Shown piece after piece: positions 47,744 to 57,775 of a stretch of 64,000 nucleotides of DNA. The first letter of the stretch is position 1; every line of letters begins with the position of its first letter. Source of the stretch: an uncultured Candidatus Bathyarchaeia archaeon (GTDB lineage: Archaea; Thermoproteota; Bathyarchaeia; Bathyarchaeales; Bathycorpusculaceae); NCBI GenBank assembly GCA_964654925.1, contig CAZZKO010000002.1:9589-73588 (forward strand), given 5' to 3'. A program made the translations under genes and the position numbers. Under the pieces are notes generated by a model that did no database searches, was not told the DNA's origin, and saw only the letters and a list, made by a program, of their open reading frames with translations.

Positions 47744-48877
47744 GTGTCTATCGTGGAGAAAACTGAAGTAAAAATCTTAGGCTTCATTGTTAACCCCGTT
47801 GCTGGAATGGGTGGAGCTGTAGGCTTGAAGGGTACCGACGGTGATGCAGTTCTAGAGAGGGCCATAGCCCTTGGAGCCAAACCAGTGGCACCAGCAAGGG
47901 CGTTAAGATTCTTACTTGAACTCAAGCCTATAATGGAAAAGATTAAGCTAATAACAGGGGCAGGTCTAATGGGTGAAGATGAAGCCAAAGAATGTGAGTT
48001 CAAATGCACCGTCGTGGGGAAGCGAAAAGAGAGAACAAGCGCAAGGGACACCATGGAGATTGCAAAATCCATTAAGGAAATGGGTGCGGCTCTTCTTGTG
48101 TTCTGTGGTGGTGACGGAACTGCCCGGGACATATACAATGCCGTAGGCATGGACATTCCCATTTTAGGCGTACCCAGTGGGGTGAAAATGCACAGCGCGG
48201 TGTTTGCCGTAGACCCGCAGGCTGCAGCGAGAATTGTTGCAAAATTCATTTTTGAAGGTCTTCCTCTCAGGGAGGCTGAGGTTATGGACGTTGACGAAGA
48301 GGCTTTTAGACAGGGACGCGTTTCCGCTGAGCTATATGGCTATGCTCTTGTTCCATATGAGCTATATCTAATTCAAGATGCTAAAATGGCAAGTCCAATG
48401 ACTGAAAGCGAGCTTAGGAATCAGGCTGCAATTGCCATATATATTATCGAGAACATGGAGCCAGATGCAGTTTACATCATTGGACCTGGAACAACAACCC
48501 GAACAATAGCTGACTTATTGGATGAAAGTAAAACCCTCTTAGGCGTTGATTTATTCCTTAACAAGAGAATGATAGCTAAGGATGTGAATGAGAAACAGAT
48601 ATTGGAAGCTATCGAAGGAAAAAAGGCTTATATCATCGTCACGCCTATTGGCAGGCAAGGTTTCATTTTTGGGAGGGGAAACCAGCAAATAAGCCCAAAG
48701 GTGATTCGTAAGGTAGGCTTAGATAACATAATAGTGATCGCAACTAAAAGTAAGCTGGCGAACCTTAGAAGTTTAAAGGTTGACACAGGTGACCAAAGTC
48801 TGGATGAAGAGTTTCGAAATCGTAAAATCAAGGTGATAATTGACTACAAGATGGAACGTTTGATTACCGTAGAATAG
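47744..48877 (+). CDS. ATP-NAD kinase-like protein (COG3199 type)
   Basis: GFIVNPVAGMGGAVGLKGTDG...FCGGDGTARD. GTG 47744 is preferred, because 47600 overlaps trpB2. Confidence 0.75.
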   Translation: MSIVEKTEVKILGFIVNPVAGMGGAVGLKGTDGDAVLERAIALGAKPVAPARALRFLLELKPIMEKIKLITGAGLMGEDEAKECEFKCTVVGKRKERTSARDTMEIAKSIKEMGAALLVFCGGDGTARDIYNAVGMDIPILGVPSGVKMHSAVFAVDPQAAARIVAKFIFEGLPLREAEVMDVDEEAFRQGRVSAELYGYALVPYELYLIQDAKMASPMTESELRNQAAIAIYIIENMEPDAVYIIGPGTTTRTIADLLDESKTLLGVDLFLNKRMIAKDVNEKQILEAIEGKKAYIIVTPIGRQGFIFGRGNQQISPKVIRKVGLDNIIVIATKSKLANLRSLKVDTGDQSLDEEFRNRKIKVIIDYKMERLITVE

Positions 48878-48926
48878 CAACTCCTTTAAATGGTGAGGCT
48901 TAAAAAACAACCATAAGGGCGATAAA

Positions 48927-50045
48927 ATGATTTCCATAAATGCTCCACAGGTAGGCGAAGAGGAAATTGAAGCTGTTGTCAAAGTTCTGAAAAGCGGAAT
49001 TCTTACAAACGCCCTTGGCGAGGGACCCGTGGTTAAACGTTTTGAAGAGGAATTTGCAAAATTTGTAGGTGTAAAACATGCATTAGCCGTCAATAGCGGA
49101 ACAGCCGCGCTCCACATGGCTGTGTCCAGCGTTGGCGTTAACCCTGGCGACGAGGTGATTCTGCCAAGTTTCACATTTGTGGCCACTGCTGAGGCTGTTG
49201 TCTTAGCGGGTGCCAAACCAGTTTTCGTGGACATTGACCCGGTTACGTATAACATTTCGCCAGAGAGAATCCGAGAAGCTGTTTCAAGGAAAACTAAGGC
49301 GATAATCGCTGTGGACCTTTATGGTTTACCAGCTCCATTAAAGCCCATAAAAGAAATAGCTGAAGAATATGGCTTAGCGGTTATTGAGGATGCAGCTCAA
49401 GCTCACGGCGCACTTTATGAAGGAAAGCCTGTAGGAGCCTATGCAGATGTTGCATGCTGGAGTTTCTATGCTAGTAAAAACATGACTACTGGGGAAGGTG
49501 GAATGCTGACGACGGACAATGATGAAATAGCTGAAAAATTGAGGTTGCTAAGATGCCATGGCGAGAAAGAGAAGTATCATTCCGTGATTCTAGGCCACAA
49601 TTACCGTATGCCCGAAATACAAGCTGCAATAGGCCTGGTCCAATTGGCCAAGTTGCCAAAGTTTCTAGCGAGAAGACGAGAAAACGCGGGTAGACTCACC
49701 GAGCTGCTTAGCTGCGGGAAAGAAGATTTGCAGCTGCCTATAGAACCTGAAAATTGTAGAAGTAGCTGGTACCTCTACACTGTTAGGCTTAAGGGCGCCA
49801 ATGCTGCAAAAAGGAATGCTGTTGTTGAAAAGCTAAGAAGTAAGATGGTGGGCGCTGAAGTTTACTATCCTCGTCCAATACATCTCATGCCATACTACAA
49901 GCAGTTTGGAAAGTTTAGACTTCCAGAAACTGAGGCAGCTTCCTCTCAAGTGTTCTCACTTCCGATACATCCAGGTGTTACCCCAGAGCAGGTAGACTTC
50001 ATAGGCAGAGTTGTCTTAGAAACAATTCGGCGGTCATCAACATGA
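48927..50045 (+). CDS. DegT/DnrJ/EryC1/StrS family aminotransferase
   Basis: NSGTAALHMA..., SFYASKNMTTGEGG (PLP lysine). Confidence 0.9.
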   Translation: MISINAPQVGEEEIEAVVKVLKSGILTNALGEGPVVKRFEEEFAKFVGVKHALAVNSGTAALHMAVSSVGVNPGDEVILPSFTFVATAEAVVLAGAKPVFVDIDPVTYNISPERIREAVSRKTKAIIAVDLYGLPAPLKPIKEIAEEYGLAVIEDAAQAHGALYEGKPVGAYADVACWSFYASKNMTTGEGGMLTTDNDEIAEKLRLLRCHGEKEKYHSVILGHNYRMPEIQAAIGLVQLAKLPKFLARRRENAGRLTELLSCGKEDLQLPIEPENCRSSWYLYTVRLKGANAAKRNAVVEKLRSKMVGAEVYYPRPIHLMPYYKQFGKFRLPETEAASSQVFSLPIHPGVTPEQVDFIGRVVLETIRRSST

Positions 50046-50202
50046 GCTTGAGCTATTATAAAAATAAGTACGGCTTATTTCATATTATTATTTCATAAAT
50101 AAATACAAATATTGATAATGTTAAAAGCCCATGATGGCTAAGATTTTTGTATCAACAGTAAAGGTAAAATATGGGCAGCGCGCCATATAAAGGCGCATCC
50201 GG

Positions 50203-50616
50203 TTGAAGGACGATTTTATTGGTGTAATGAAAATGGAAAGCGGTGAGTTTGAAGTTTCAAGGGTAAGGGTGAGGTTCGTAGTTGAAGGTTTAGGAGAGGC
50301 TGAAGGAGAACTCATTCGCTATTTGTCTCCAAAAACAGTTGATGCCATCGTAAGAAAGCTGCCTCTTGAAGGACGGGCGGCTATCTGGAAAGAGGAGATC
50401 TACTTTGAAATTCCTGTGCGAATGGGCGAAGAAAAAGCAAAAAGCACGGTGGAAAAAGGAACCATTGCATTTTGGCCTATGGGAAGCGCCCTCTGCATAT
50501 TTTACGGCGAGTCCCAGCCTTACAGCCCTGTTAACATTATAGGCAAAGTAACTAAAAACCTTGAATTATTCAACAAAGTTAAAAGTGGATCAATAATCAA
50601 AGTGGAAAAGTTATAG
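50203..50616 (+). CDS. cyclophilin-like (TM1367-like) protein
   Basis: GTIAFWPMGSALCIFYG...PVNIIGKV. The start may be ATG 50227. Confidence 0.65.
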   Translation: MKDDFIGVMKMESGEFEVSRVRVRFVVEGLGEAEGELIRYLSPKTVDAIVRKLPLEGRAAIWKEEIYFEIPVRMGEEKAKSTVEKGTIAFWPMGSALCIFYGESQPYSPVNIIGKVTKNLELFNKVKSGSIIKVEKL

Positions 50617-51075
50617 GAAAACGCTGTCATTCCAGCTTTTTAAAAGCCTTTCACATTCATCCGCGACATCTTTACTTTTACACTTCTGCTTTAGCTTTTC
50701 AAGAAACTCTATGCGTTTTTCTATGGAGCGTCTTTCCGCATCCCCGCCATAATGAAGTTTTCCATCTAAAAATTCCTTCATCTGGTAAGCTTTTTGTATT
50801 AGCATGCTGGCGGCATCTACCGGATTCTGGACGGCATATTTATTGGCCCAAATTTTAGCATTAGCCTCACGGAGCTGGGTGAAACCATCGATTTCTTTGA
50901 TCTCCTTAATATACGTCGTGAAGAAGTCATAATACCCAGCCTTCTTAATAAGGTCTAACGCAGCTTTTACCTTCAACTTGAATTCTGGGCTTCCTTCGAT
51001 TTTTATGCGATGTTTGAGTTCTTTTTTCGGAATTTCTGCCGACAATTCTGTATTCCACATTATTTGGTTATACAC
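50611..51075 (-). CDS. hypothetical protein
   Basis: Open frame; no family recognised. Confidence 0.45.
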   Translation of the reverse strand: MYNQIMWNTELSAEIPKKELKHRIKIEGSPEFKLKVKAALDLIKKAGYYDFFTTYIKEIKEIDGFTQLREANAKIWANKYAVQNPVDAASMLIQKAYQMKEFLDGKLHYGGDAERRSIEKRIEFLEKLKQKCKSKDVADECERLLKSWNDSVFL

Positions 51076-51129
51076 GCTTAAATTATCTTGGATTCTTAAA
51101 GAACCTTTAAGCTAGCAATGGAATAGGGG

Positions 51130-51453
51130 TCAATCTACACTGTAAATTTTGATGTGGTGGTTTCCAGAAATCATTTTTACTACACCTTCGCTTTCCAGAG
51201 TTTCAAGAAGATCTTTCGCTGCACTTATCCTTAGATTAAATCGTGAAGCTACAGTATATGGGGTTAAGACACGTATTTTTTTCAGCTCTTCAACAATTTT
51301 TTCGCTTTTAATATCTGGAGGCAGAATTCCTGCAGGCTTTTTCTCTTTTTCTACGGTTTTTCCTTTCTCTTTTTCCTTTTGCTGCTTCTTAGCTTCTTCT
51401 CGCATTTGCATCTTTTCCATTTGCTTTAGGGATAGTTTCTTCTTTCCACCCAT
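51130..51453 (-). CDS. rps25e: 30S ribosomal protein S25e
   Basis: Lys-rich N-terminus, then LTPYTVASRFNLRISAAKDLLETLESEGVV. Confidence 0.85.
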   Translation of the reverse strand: MGGKKKLSLKQMEKMQMREEAKKQQKEKEKGKTVEKEKKPAGILPPDIKSEKIVEELKKIRVLTPYTVASRFNLRISAAKDLLETLESEGVVKMISGNHHIKIYSVD

Positions 51454-51556
51454 ACATATCCCCTAGAACCTTATGCATATGCAATTCAGCCTCTTATATA
51501 TCCATTACTTTAATACGGGCTTAATATGGCATGAAAAAGAAAGTGGGGAAAGAAAT

Positions 51557-51778
51557 TTACCTTCCCAGAACCTTCCTTGTTGCGATTTCGATATCTTCAG
51601 CCTTTATTGTTTTTCTTCCAGTATGCATCGCGAAATCAAGGGCTTCCTTAGCTATTTTTATCCCTATCTCTTCTAGCGCTTTAGCCAATTCTCGGGCTGC
51701 TGCCTCGCTTACTCTCTCAGCTCCAGCCTTTTTGCATAGCCTGTGCATTGGCGCAATTGCCAATTCCAAGTTTGCCAT
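51557..51778 (-). CDS. archaeal histone
   Basis: [61 protein letters not shown] histone fold. Confidence 0.9.
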   Translation of the reverse strand: MANLELAIAPMHRLCKKAGAERVSEAAARELAKALEEIGIKIAKEALDFAMHTGRKTIKAEDIEIATRKVLGR

Positions 51779-51929
51779 AAAGTCCCCTCCAGTAGCTCCT
51801 TTTTATATTTAAAGCAATATTTAACGTTTATTGAATAGAAGATTCAAAAATCTGACTTATATCTTTGTTCATGGGAAGTCTAATATTCTACTGGATAATA
51901 TTGTGGAATATCCGCTAAGAGGCTGTCTA

Positions 51930-52715
51930 ATGGAGCTTCGATACGTTGATGCGCACATACACCTTTCAGATGAGGAATATTCAGAAATAATCGGAGCTGT
52001 TTTAGAAGAAGCTAGGAGATCAAACGTTAAAGCCTTGGTTTCAAACTCTATGGATCTGAATACAAGTGTCAAAAGCATGGAACTCTCCAAAAAATATCCA
52101 CGGCTGGTTTATGCCGCTTTGGGGATTCATCCATGGAACGTAAATGTCCTAAGTGAAAATGAGCTTTATGAGACTTCAGAGTTCATCCTTAAAAATCGGC
52201 AAGACGATGCCTTAGTAGCCATTGGAGAGATAGGATTAGACTTTAAATACAGGGGTATATGGGAAAAGCAACTACATGTTTTCAACGAAATGTTATGCCT
52301 GGCCGAGAGATTAGGTCTACCCGTCATAATTCACTCTCGCGGAACAACACAGGAAATTGTTGAAATGCTTCCCTCCTACAACATTAAAAAGGTTCTGCTG
52401 CATTGGTTTAGCAATCCAGTAAGTCTACTACCTAAAATTGTTGAAAGAGGTTACTGCATAACTGAGGGTCCTCCAGCGGTATATTCTAATAACATACGTG
52501 AAATAATTCAAAGGATACCTCTCGAAAATTTTCTAACAGAAACCGACGGACCAGTTCGCTATTTTAGATGCCCATTTTATGGCAAGCTGACAACCCCAAC
52601 CCTAATCCCGATGGTTGTTCAAGCTGTGGCAGAAATAAAGAAGATGAGCGTGGCCGATGTCGCAGAAAAAGTAGCGAAGAACTTCGAAAATTTTTTCGGA
52701 ATAAGCATTGTTTAA
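51930..52715 (+). CDS. TatD-family metal-dependent hydrolase
   Basis: YVDAHIHL..., GEIGLDF, VIIHSR, TETDGP. ATG 51930 is preferred. Confidence 0.85.
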   Translation: MELRYVDAHIHLSDEEYSEIIGAVLEEARRSNVKALVSNSMDLNTSVKSMELSKKYPRLVYAALGIHPWNVNVLSENELYETSEFILKNRQDDALVAIGEIGLDFKYRGIWEKQLHVFNEMLCLAERLGLPVIIHSRGTTQEIVEMLPSYNIKKVLLHWFSNPVSLLPKIVERGYCITEGPPAVYSNNIREIIQRIPLENFLTETDGPVRYFRCPFYGKLTTPTLIPMVVQAVAEIKKMSVADVAEKVAKNFENFFGISIV

Positions 52716-52832
52716 TTTTTCATTGCTGTAAATTTTATTGTTAGAACGGTAAGGTTAAATCGTACCTGCAATTTTATGAATGTTCATCTATGTTACATGC
52801 AAGTAAGCCATGATTCAGGAGGATTAAAAAGT

Positions 52833-53051
52833 TTGGGAAATGTTCGAACGGAACAGGTTAAACGCATAGCCAAAGAACTTGTCAGAAGATTTCCAAATAA
52901 GTTCACCAACAACTTCGAAGAAAACAAACGTGTTGTTTCCCTTCTCCTGCAAGGGGCAACTCCGAGAGTGCGAAATCAGATAGCTGGGTATATAACCAGC
53001 ATATATTCTGGTATGCAAACCGCAGTTAAGGCTTCTGAGGAGAACGAGTAA
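52833..53051 (+). CDS. rps17e: 30S ribosomal protein S17e
   Basis: GNVRTEQVKRIAKELVRRFPNKFTNNFEENK...RNQIAGYIT. TTG 52833 follows GGAGGA. Confidence 0.9.
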   Translation: MGNVRTEQVKRIAKELVRRFPNKFTNNFEENKRVVSLLLQGATPRVRNQIAGYITSIYSGMQTAVKASEENE

Positions 53052-53094
53052 CATTATTAAGGTTGCCTAGCTTCTTATTCTAAATTGAATTGTA

Positions 53095-53484
53095 GTGTGG
53101 AGCTTTAGAATCATGATTGATCAGTATAGGCGTGGATGGGCCTTAAGGTACCTACGAGAGGCTAAAGCCGAGCTTGAGGCTGCAAGAGAAATGCCATATA
53201 TAGCTCAGGGGCTTATCATCGAGGCCGTTAGGAAGGCTAGGAACGCCATTTATTACAGTTTAGGCGAACCTTCTTTAATAGAGAGCATAGTGAGAGAGGC
53301 TGCAGAAAACATGGAAGGCAAACTTGACCCCATTTTAAGGTGTCTGGTGGAGATGGAGGAAACCCTTTACCAATTTACATTTATAGAGGATATGGATAGG
53401 GAAAAAACTTTGAAACGGGCAAGCGCCCTTGTACAACTGGCCTCAGAGATTGTTGAAACTATAACGGGCGAAAAAGTAGACTAA
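53095..53484 (+). CDS. hypothetical helical protein (possibly HEPN-like)
   Basis: Open frame with helical character. The family assignment is uncertain. Confidence 0.35.
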   Translation: MWSFRIMIDQYRRGWALRYLREAKAELEAAREMPYIAQGLIIEAVRKARNAIYYSLGEPSLIESIVREAAENMEGKLDPILRCLVEMEETLYQFTFIEDMDREKTLKRASALVQLASEIVETITGEKVD

Positions 53485-53487
53485 ATG

Positions 53488-54663
53488 TTAGGAAAGCTTT
53501 TCCAGAGCATCAGATATTCGTGCCAAAGCCTCTTTTATGTTCTCGACAGAATTTGTAAACGACAGTCGTAAATGTCCTTCGCCCTGGGCTCCAAAGGATA
53601 TTCCCGGCAAAACGGCGACACCTGCTTCGTGAAGTAGGTACTCTGCAAGCTTTTGGGATGTCATTTTTGTCCCAGTTATGTTTGGGAATGCATAAAAAGT
53701 TCCACGGGGCGCTTTGCATTTAATACCCCTGACCTTGTTTAATCCTGAAACGATGATGTCCCTACGTCTCTTAAATTCTTCAATCATTTTTGTGACGCTG
53801 TCTTGAGGTCCCCTTAAAGCCTCAATGCCTGCTATTTGTACAAAGGCGCAGGTGCAAGCGTTCGAGTTTATGACAAGTTTTGTAAGGGTTTGGGCTATAT
53901 CTTTTCGCATAACTGCATATCCAAGTCTCCATCCGGTCATAGCGTAAGTCTTAGAGAACCCATCTAAAATTATTGTTCTATCCTTCATCCCGGGAATAGA
54001 GGCTATGCTTTCATGCTCTCCTTCATAGATTATTCGACTGTAAATCTCATCTGAAATTACCATAACATCATTTCTGTTGGCGATGCAGTCAGCTATCAGT
54101 TTAAGGTCTTCTCGGGTCAGGACCCCTCCAGTTGGATTTTCTGGCGAGTTCAGTATTATCATCTTAGTTTTCTTTGTTATTTTTTCTTTAACATATTCGT
54201 GCTCTATTCTGAAGTCACGATCCTCTTTTTGAGGAATGGGCACAGGCTTCGCTCCAACGAATTTTATCAGCGACTCGTACGCTGGATATGCGGGGGTCGG
54301 ATATAGAACCTCCTCGCCAGGATTGACCAGAGCTAGCATTAGAAGAAATAGTATTTGCTTGGCGCCTGGTCCTACCACAACCTCGTCGGGGTCAACCTCG
54401 ATTTTTCTGGTTTTTGAGATGTACTCCGCTATGGCTTCTCTTAACTCAAAAATACCAGGCGCCGGGACATAGTGAGTGAATCCTTCACGAATGGCTCTTA
54501 TCGCTGCCTCTTTTATATTCTCAGGAGTATCAAAGTCAGGGTCGCCTATCTCCATATGAATAACTTTTTTACCCTGTCTTTCTAAAGCCTTCGTCTTTGC
54601 AAGCATCTCAAAAGATGCTTCTGTTCCTAAGTGACTTATTCTATCTGCGAACAACGGTGCCAC
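53488..54663 (-). CDS. class I/II PLP-dependent (aspartate-type) aminotransferase
   Basis: NPENPTGG..., DEIY, SKTYAMTGWRLGY (PLP lysine). Confidence 0.9.
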   Translation of the reverse strand: MAPLFADRISHLGTEASFEMLAKTKALERQGKKVIHMEIGDPDFDTPENIKEAAIRAIREGFTHYVPAPGIFELREAIAEYISKTRKIEVDPDEVVVGPGAKQILFLLMLALVNPGEEVLYPTPAYPAYESLIKFVGAKPVPIPQKEDRDFRIEHEYVKEKITKKTKMIILNSPENPTGGVLTREDLKLIADCIANRNDVMVISDEIYSRIIYEGEHESIASIPGMKDRTIILDGFSKTYAMTGWRLGYAVMRKDIAQTLTKLVINSNACTCAFVQIAGIEALRGPQDSVTKMIEEFKRRRDIIVSGLNKVRGIKCKAPRGTFYAFPNITGTKMTSQKLAEYLLHEAGVAVLPGISFGAQGEGHLRLSFTNSVENIKEALARISDALEKLS

Positions 54664-54823
54664 TTTGACATCACCGTTTTTAAGCCGAGTTTATATAAAA
54701 GAAGATATTTAAGTATTCATGCAGCTCCCTAGGCGTAAATTCGCCGACATATAAATGGCTCAAAATTTTATAACTAGGTGATGTAGGTAATTCAAAATAG
54801 CCTTTGAGCATAGGAGGATCATA

Positions 54824-55108
54824 ATGACTGTGGCTGTAAAATTTTTTGGAAGCCTCCGCAATATTGTCGGTAAGGACAAAATAAAATTGGCTATTCAGCA
54901 TCCTCTGAGGTTAGAAGATTTTATTAAAACGATTATTGAAAGGTGGCCGGCGCTGAAAACGTTTCTACCTGATTTGGAATTAAGTCATTTAAAAGCATAT
55001 AGCTTAATATTTGTTAATGGAAAGGAAATTGGTGTTCTGAATGGCTTGGATACCGTATTAAAAGATGGTGACGAGGTTGTTTTTATCCCTGTTTTGCATG
55101 GAGGATGA
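54824..55108 (+). CDS. MoaD/ThiS-family ubiquitin-like small protein (SAMP-like)
   Basis: Beta-grasp length; C-terminal ...DGDEVVFIPVLHGG. Confidence 0.8.
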   Translation: MTVAVKFFGSLRNIVGKDKIKLAIQHPLRLEDFIKTIIERWPALKTFLPDLELSHLKAYSLIFVNGKEIGVLNGLDTVLKDGDEVVFIPVLHGG

Positions 55109-55189
55109 CCGACAAAGCCTGTGCACTGCTGTGTTTACCACAATGTAGTAAAGCTTAAAATACTTAAGAGCTTGATGCTTTGCTGGCGA

Positions 55190-55651
55190 GCGGTTTGGGT
55201 AAGGCTGCTTGGCAAACCCCACTTTATATATCAATTGCTTGTATCCTAATGACCGGTTATCAAATGTTTACTCACAGCAGTTACAACATTGATTAGATAC
55301 ATTGACATGCTTTGGTCTCAATTGGGATCATGATCACGTATCGTGTCGATTTGATCATCTCTGTATGCGCATTTGCATGGGTTTTTGTTGTTTCATCGGC
55401 TATTCCAAGCATTATCCTGGGAAAGGGAGCAGTTTGCGGTTTGTCTGACAATAACCTTTCTAGTCCTTGGAATATTTGACATATTGGAGTCATGGGGCGC
55501 CGGCATAGATCCCATCGGATACTTTCTTGGTTTTGCTTTGTTGTTGAAGAATCCTTTTTCCACGTTTGCTTATCTTATCGCACCCTATGCTTTGATGATT
55601 GCCATAGATTTCCATGGTAGAGGAAGCGTAAAAAAGAAATGGAACGACTAG
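55190..55651 (+). pseudogene. possible decayed membrane-protein gene
   Basis: Hydrophobic reading LVSIGIMITYRVDLIISVCAFAWVFVVSSAIPSIILGKGAV continues in another frame as FAVCLTITFLVLGIFDILESWGAGIDPIGYFLGFALLL. There are stops further upstream. Confidence 0.3.
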
Positions 55652-55678
55652 AAAAGTTAACAGAGAACTATTTGCAGA

Positions 55679-56518
55679 ATGTTATCGTTAAGCGAGATGT
55701 CCAGGAGTAAAGCACGAATAAACCGGCCTCCCATCATAACGTTAACCACAGACTTTGGATTGTCAGATCCTTATGTTGCTGAAATGAAGGCCGTCATTTT
55801 AGGGATAAATCCAAAAGCCAGAATAGTAGATATAAGTCATCAAATAGAAAAGTATAATGTCAGAATGGGCGCTTATGTTTTAGCATCAGCTGCACAATAT
55901 TTTCCAAAGGGCACAATACATGTAGCTGTAATAGATCCTGGTGTGGGCACAGCGCGCAGTCCGATACTTGTGGAGACAAGTGATTATTTTTTTATAGGTC
56001 CCGACAATGGAGTTTTAGCCTTGGCTGCCAGCAAGCAGGGCGTAAAAAGTGTATATAGGATAACTAATCCTAAATTCATGCTTCCTAAAGTATCCGCGAC
56101 ATTTCATGGGCGAGATATTTTCGCGCCAGCTGCAGCCTTTCTTTCAAAAGGAGTTCCTCCACAAGATTTTGGTCCTAAAATTTGTAATATGTTTTCGCCA
56201 GAATTCGCAAAGATACTTAAAATGGAAAGCTTACTTGTAGGCGAAGTTATTTACGTGGATAGTTTTGGAAACATAATCACAAATTTTACTGAGGAGGATG
56301 TTAAATCAGCTGTTAATGTCGGGTTTATACATGTTAAGCTTGGGAAAAATGAGCTGAGATTGAAGATTTGTAAAGCCTACGCAGAGGTTGAACCATTAAA
56401 GCCTCTGGCAATAATCGGAAGTCACGACTTCTTGGAGATATCGATAAACCAGGGGAATGCCGCTGAGACATTTGGAATAAAAGCTGGGGATAAGGTTACA
56501 CTTTATCGCTCTTTGTAA
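55679..56518 (+). CDS. SAM hydroxide adenosyltransferase / DUF62 family protein
   Basis: ITLTTDFGLSDPYVAEMKAVI..., VDPGVGT, VDSFGN. Confidence 0.85.
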   Translation: MLSLSEMSRSKARINRPPIITLTTDFGLSDPYVAEMKAVILGINPKARIVDISHQIEKYNVRMGAYVLASAAQYFPKGTIHVAVIDPGVGTARSPILVETSDYFFIGPDNGVLALAASKQGVKSVYRITNPKFMLPKVSATFHGRDIFAPAAAFLSKGVPPQDFGPKICNMFSPEFAKILKMESLLVGEVIYVDSFGNIITNFTEEDVKSAVNVGFIHVKLGKNELRLKICKAYAEVEPLKPLAIIGSHDFLEISINQGNAAETFGIKAGDKVTLYRSL

Positions 56519-57020
56519 GGTCCTTTAATCTCTTGTCTCCCTTAATTTCTTTTATGAATTCAGCAACACTTTTCGGTACAAGTTCCTCCCAGTTTTCTCC
56601 GTTTAGCATGCGTTTTCTAATTTCGGTGGCGGAGTATACCTCACGTTTATGATATTGTATTTCCTTAACCTTGTAGCCAGCCTCTATAAATAGCCTCCGG
56701 GTGAGCGGCTCGTTCGAATAAACAACGTTAAAGCGTGGAGTGTAACCCTCAACAACTGAAACCCAAACCATGTGTATGTGTATGTCTGGAACTGGCACAA
56801 TCCAAATGCGTCTAAGGTCTATTCCTGCTTCTTCTAGGGCTCTTCTAATCATGACAATTCTTTCGCCTGTTGTGAAGGGATTCTCAATTCGATGACTATA
56901 CTGGGCACTGCCCACAACAATTACTAGCTCGTCAACTTCGTTTAAAATATCCTTTACAACATTTAGATGTCCTAAGTGAAAGGGCTGAAACCTTCCGACG
57001 AAAAGCCCACGTTTAACCAT
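56496..57020 (-). CDS. nadM: nicotinamide-nucleotide adenylyltransferase (archaeal)
   Basis: RGLFVGRFQPFHLGHL...VIVVGSAQ. Confidence 0.9.
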   Translation of the reverse strand: MVKRGLFVGRFQPFHLGHLNVVKDILNEVDELVIVVGSAQYSHRIENPFTTGERIVMIRRALEEAGIDLRRIWIVPVPDIHIHMVWVSVVEGYTPRFNVVYSNEPLTRRLFIEAGYKVKEIQYHKREVYSATEIRKRMLNGENWEELVPKSVAEFIKEIKGDKRLKDLTKSDKV

Positions 57021-57053
57021 AAATATCCCCCTTTGAGGTTAACAAGCCCATTT

Positions 57054-57701
57054 TTATTTTTTACGCCCTACGATAGACCGCTTTCCATACTTATTTAAAA
57101 GAATTTCAACAGGGAAAACACGGATATACGCATCATCCACTGAAACGCTTTTCTCGCTGAGAAATCCTCTTTTTTCGCGGCTTAAAATCCCAAGCTTAAC
57201 TTCTATTCCTTCGCCATAACCGCCTGGAGTAAAATCTGCTGCAATGACCCTATGACACGGGATAATTAACGGGAAGGGGTTAGACATCATCACCTTGCCT
57301 ACTGCCCTTGGACTTCCTCCAACGGCTTCTGCAATGGCGCCATACGAGGTCACATAACCTGTCGGAATTAAGGACGTAGCACTAAGAACTCTCCTCGTAT
57401 ATTCTGATAGATGTTCCGCTGCTAGGCTAAAGCTTCTAGAAGCCCCCTTTCCATTGTAAATATCTCTAAGCGTGCTTATCACTTGCTTAGCGAATTCTGA
57501 GGCTATGTTGGAGTATTCAAAGGGGACATTAAATGGGATTTTTGCCAGCAAATTGTGTAAAACACGCTTTTCGTTAAAGGCGAAGGCTGTTGCGAAAATT
57601 CTTCCTTTATCATAGGCAAGCCCGTACCATACCCTATCAAGGTTTTCAACGTATAATGTTATTTCCCCGTTTTTTCCCCTCCCTATGTCTGGAACACCCA
57701 T
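57054..57701 (-). CDS. ogt: methylated-DNA--protein-cysteine methyltransferase
   Basis: IPTGYVTSYGAIAEAVGGSPRAVGKVMMSNPFPLIIPCHRVI. Confidence 0.85.
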   Translation of the reverse strand: MGVPDIGRGKNGEITLYVENLDRVWYGLAYDKGRIFATAFAFNEKRVLHNLLAKIPFNVPFEYSNIASEFAKQVISTLRDIYNGKGASRSFSLAAEHLSEYTRRVLSATSLIPTGYVTSYGAIAEAVGGSPRAVGKVMMSNPFPLIIPCHRVIAADFTPGGYGEGIEVKLGILSREKRGFLSEKSVSVDDAYIRVFPVEILLNKYGKRSIVGRKK

Positions 57702-57775
57702 CGTCTAATTCTTTAAGTACGTAGAATGGGCAACATTAAGTTTAATAGGGTGGGTTTATATATGACTTTTCACCA

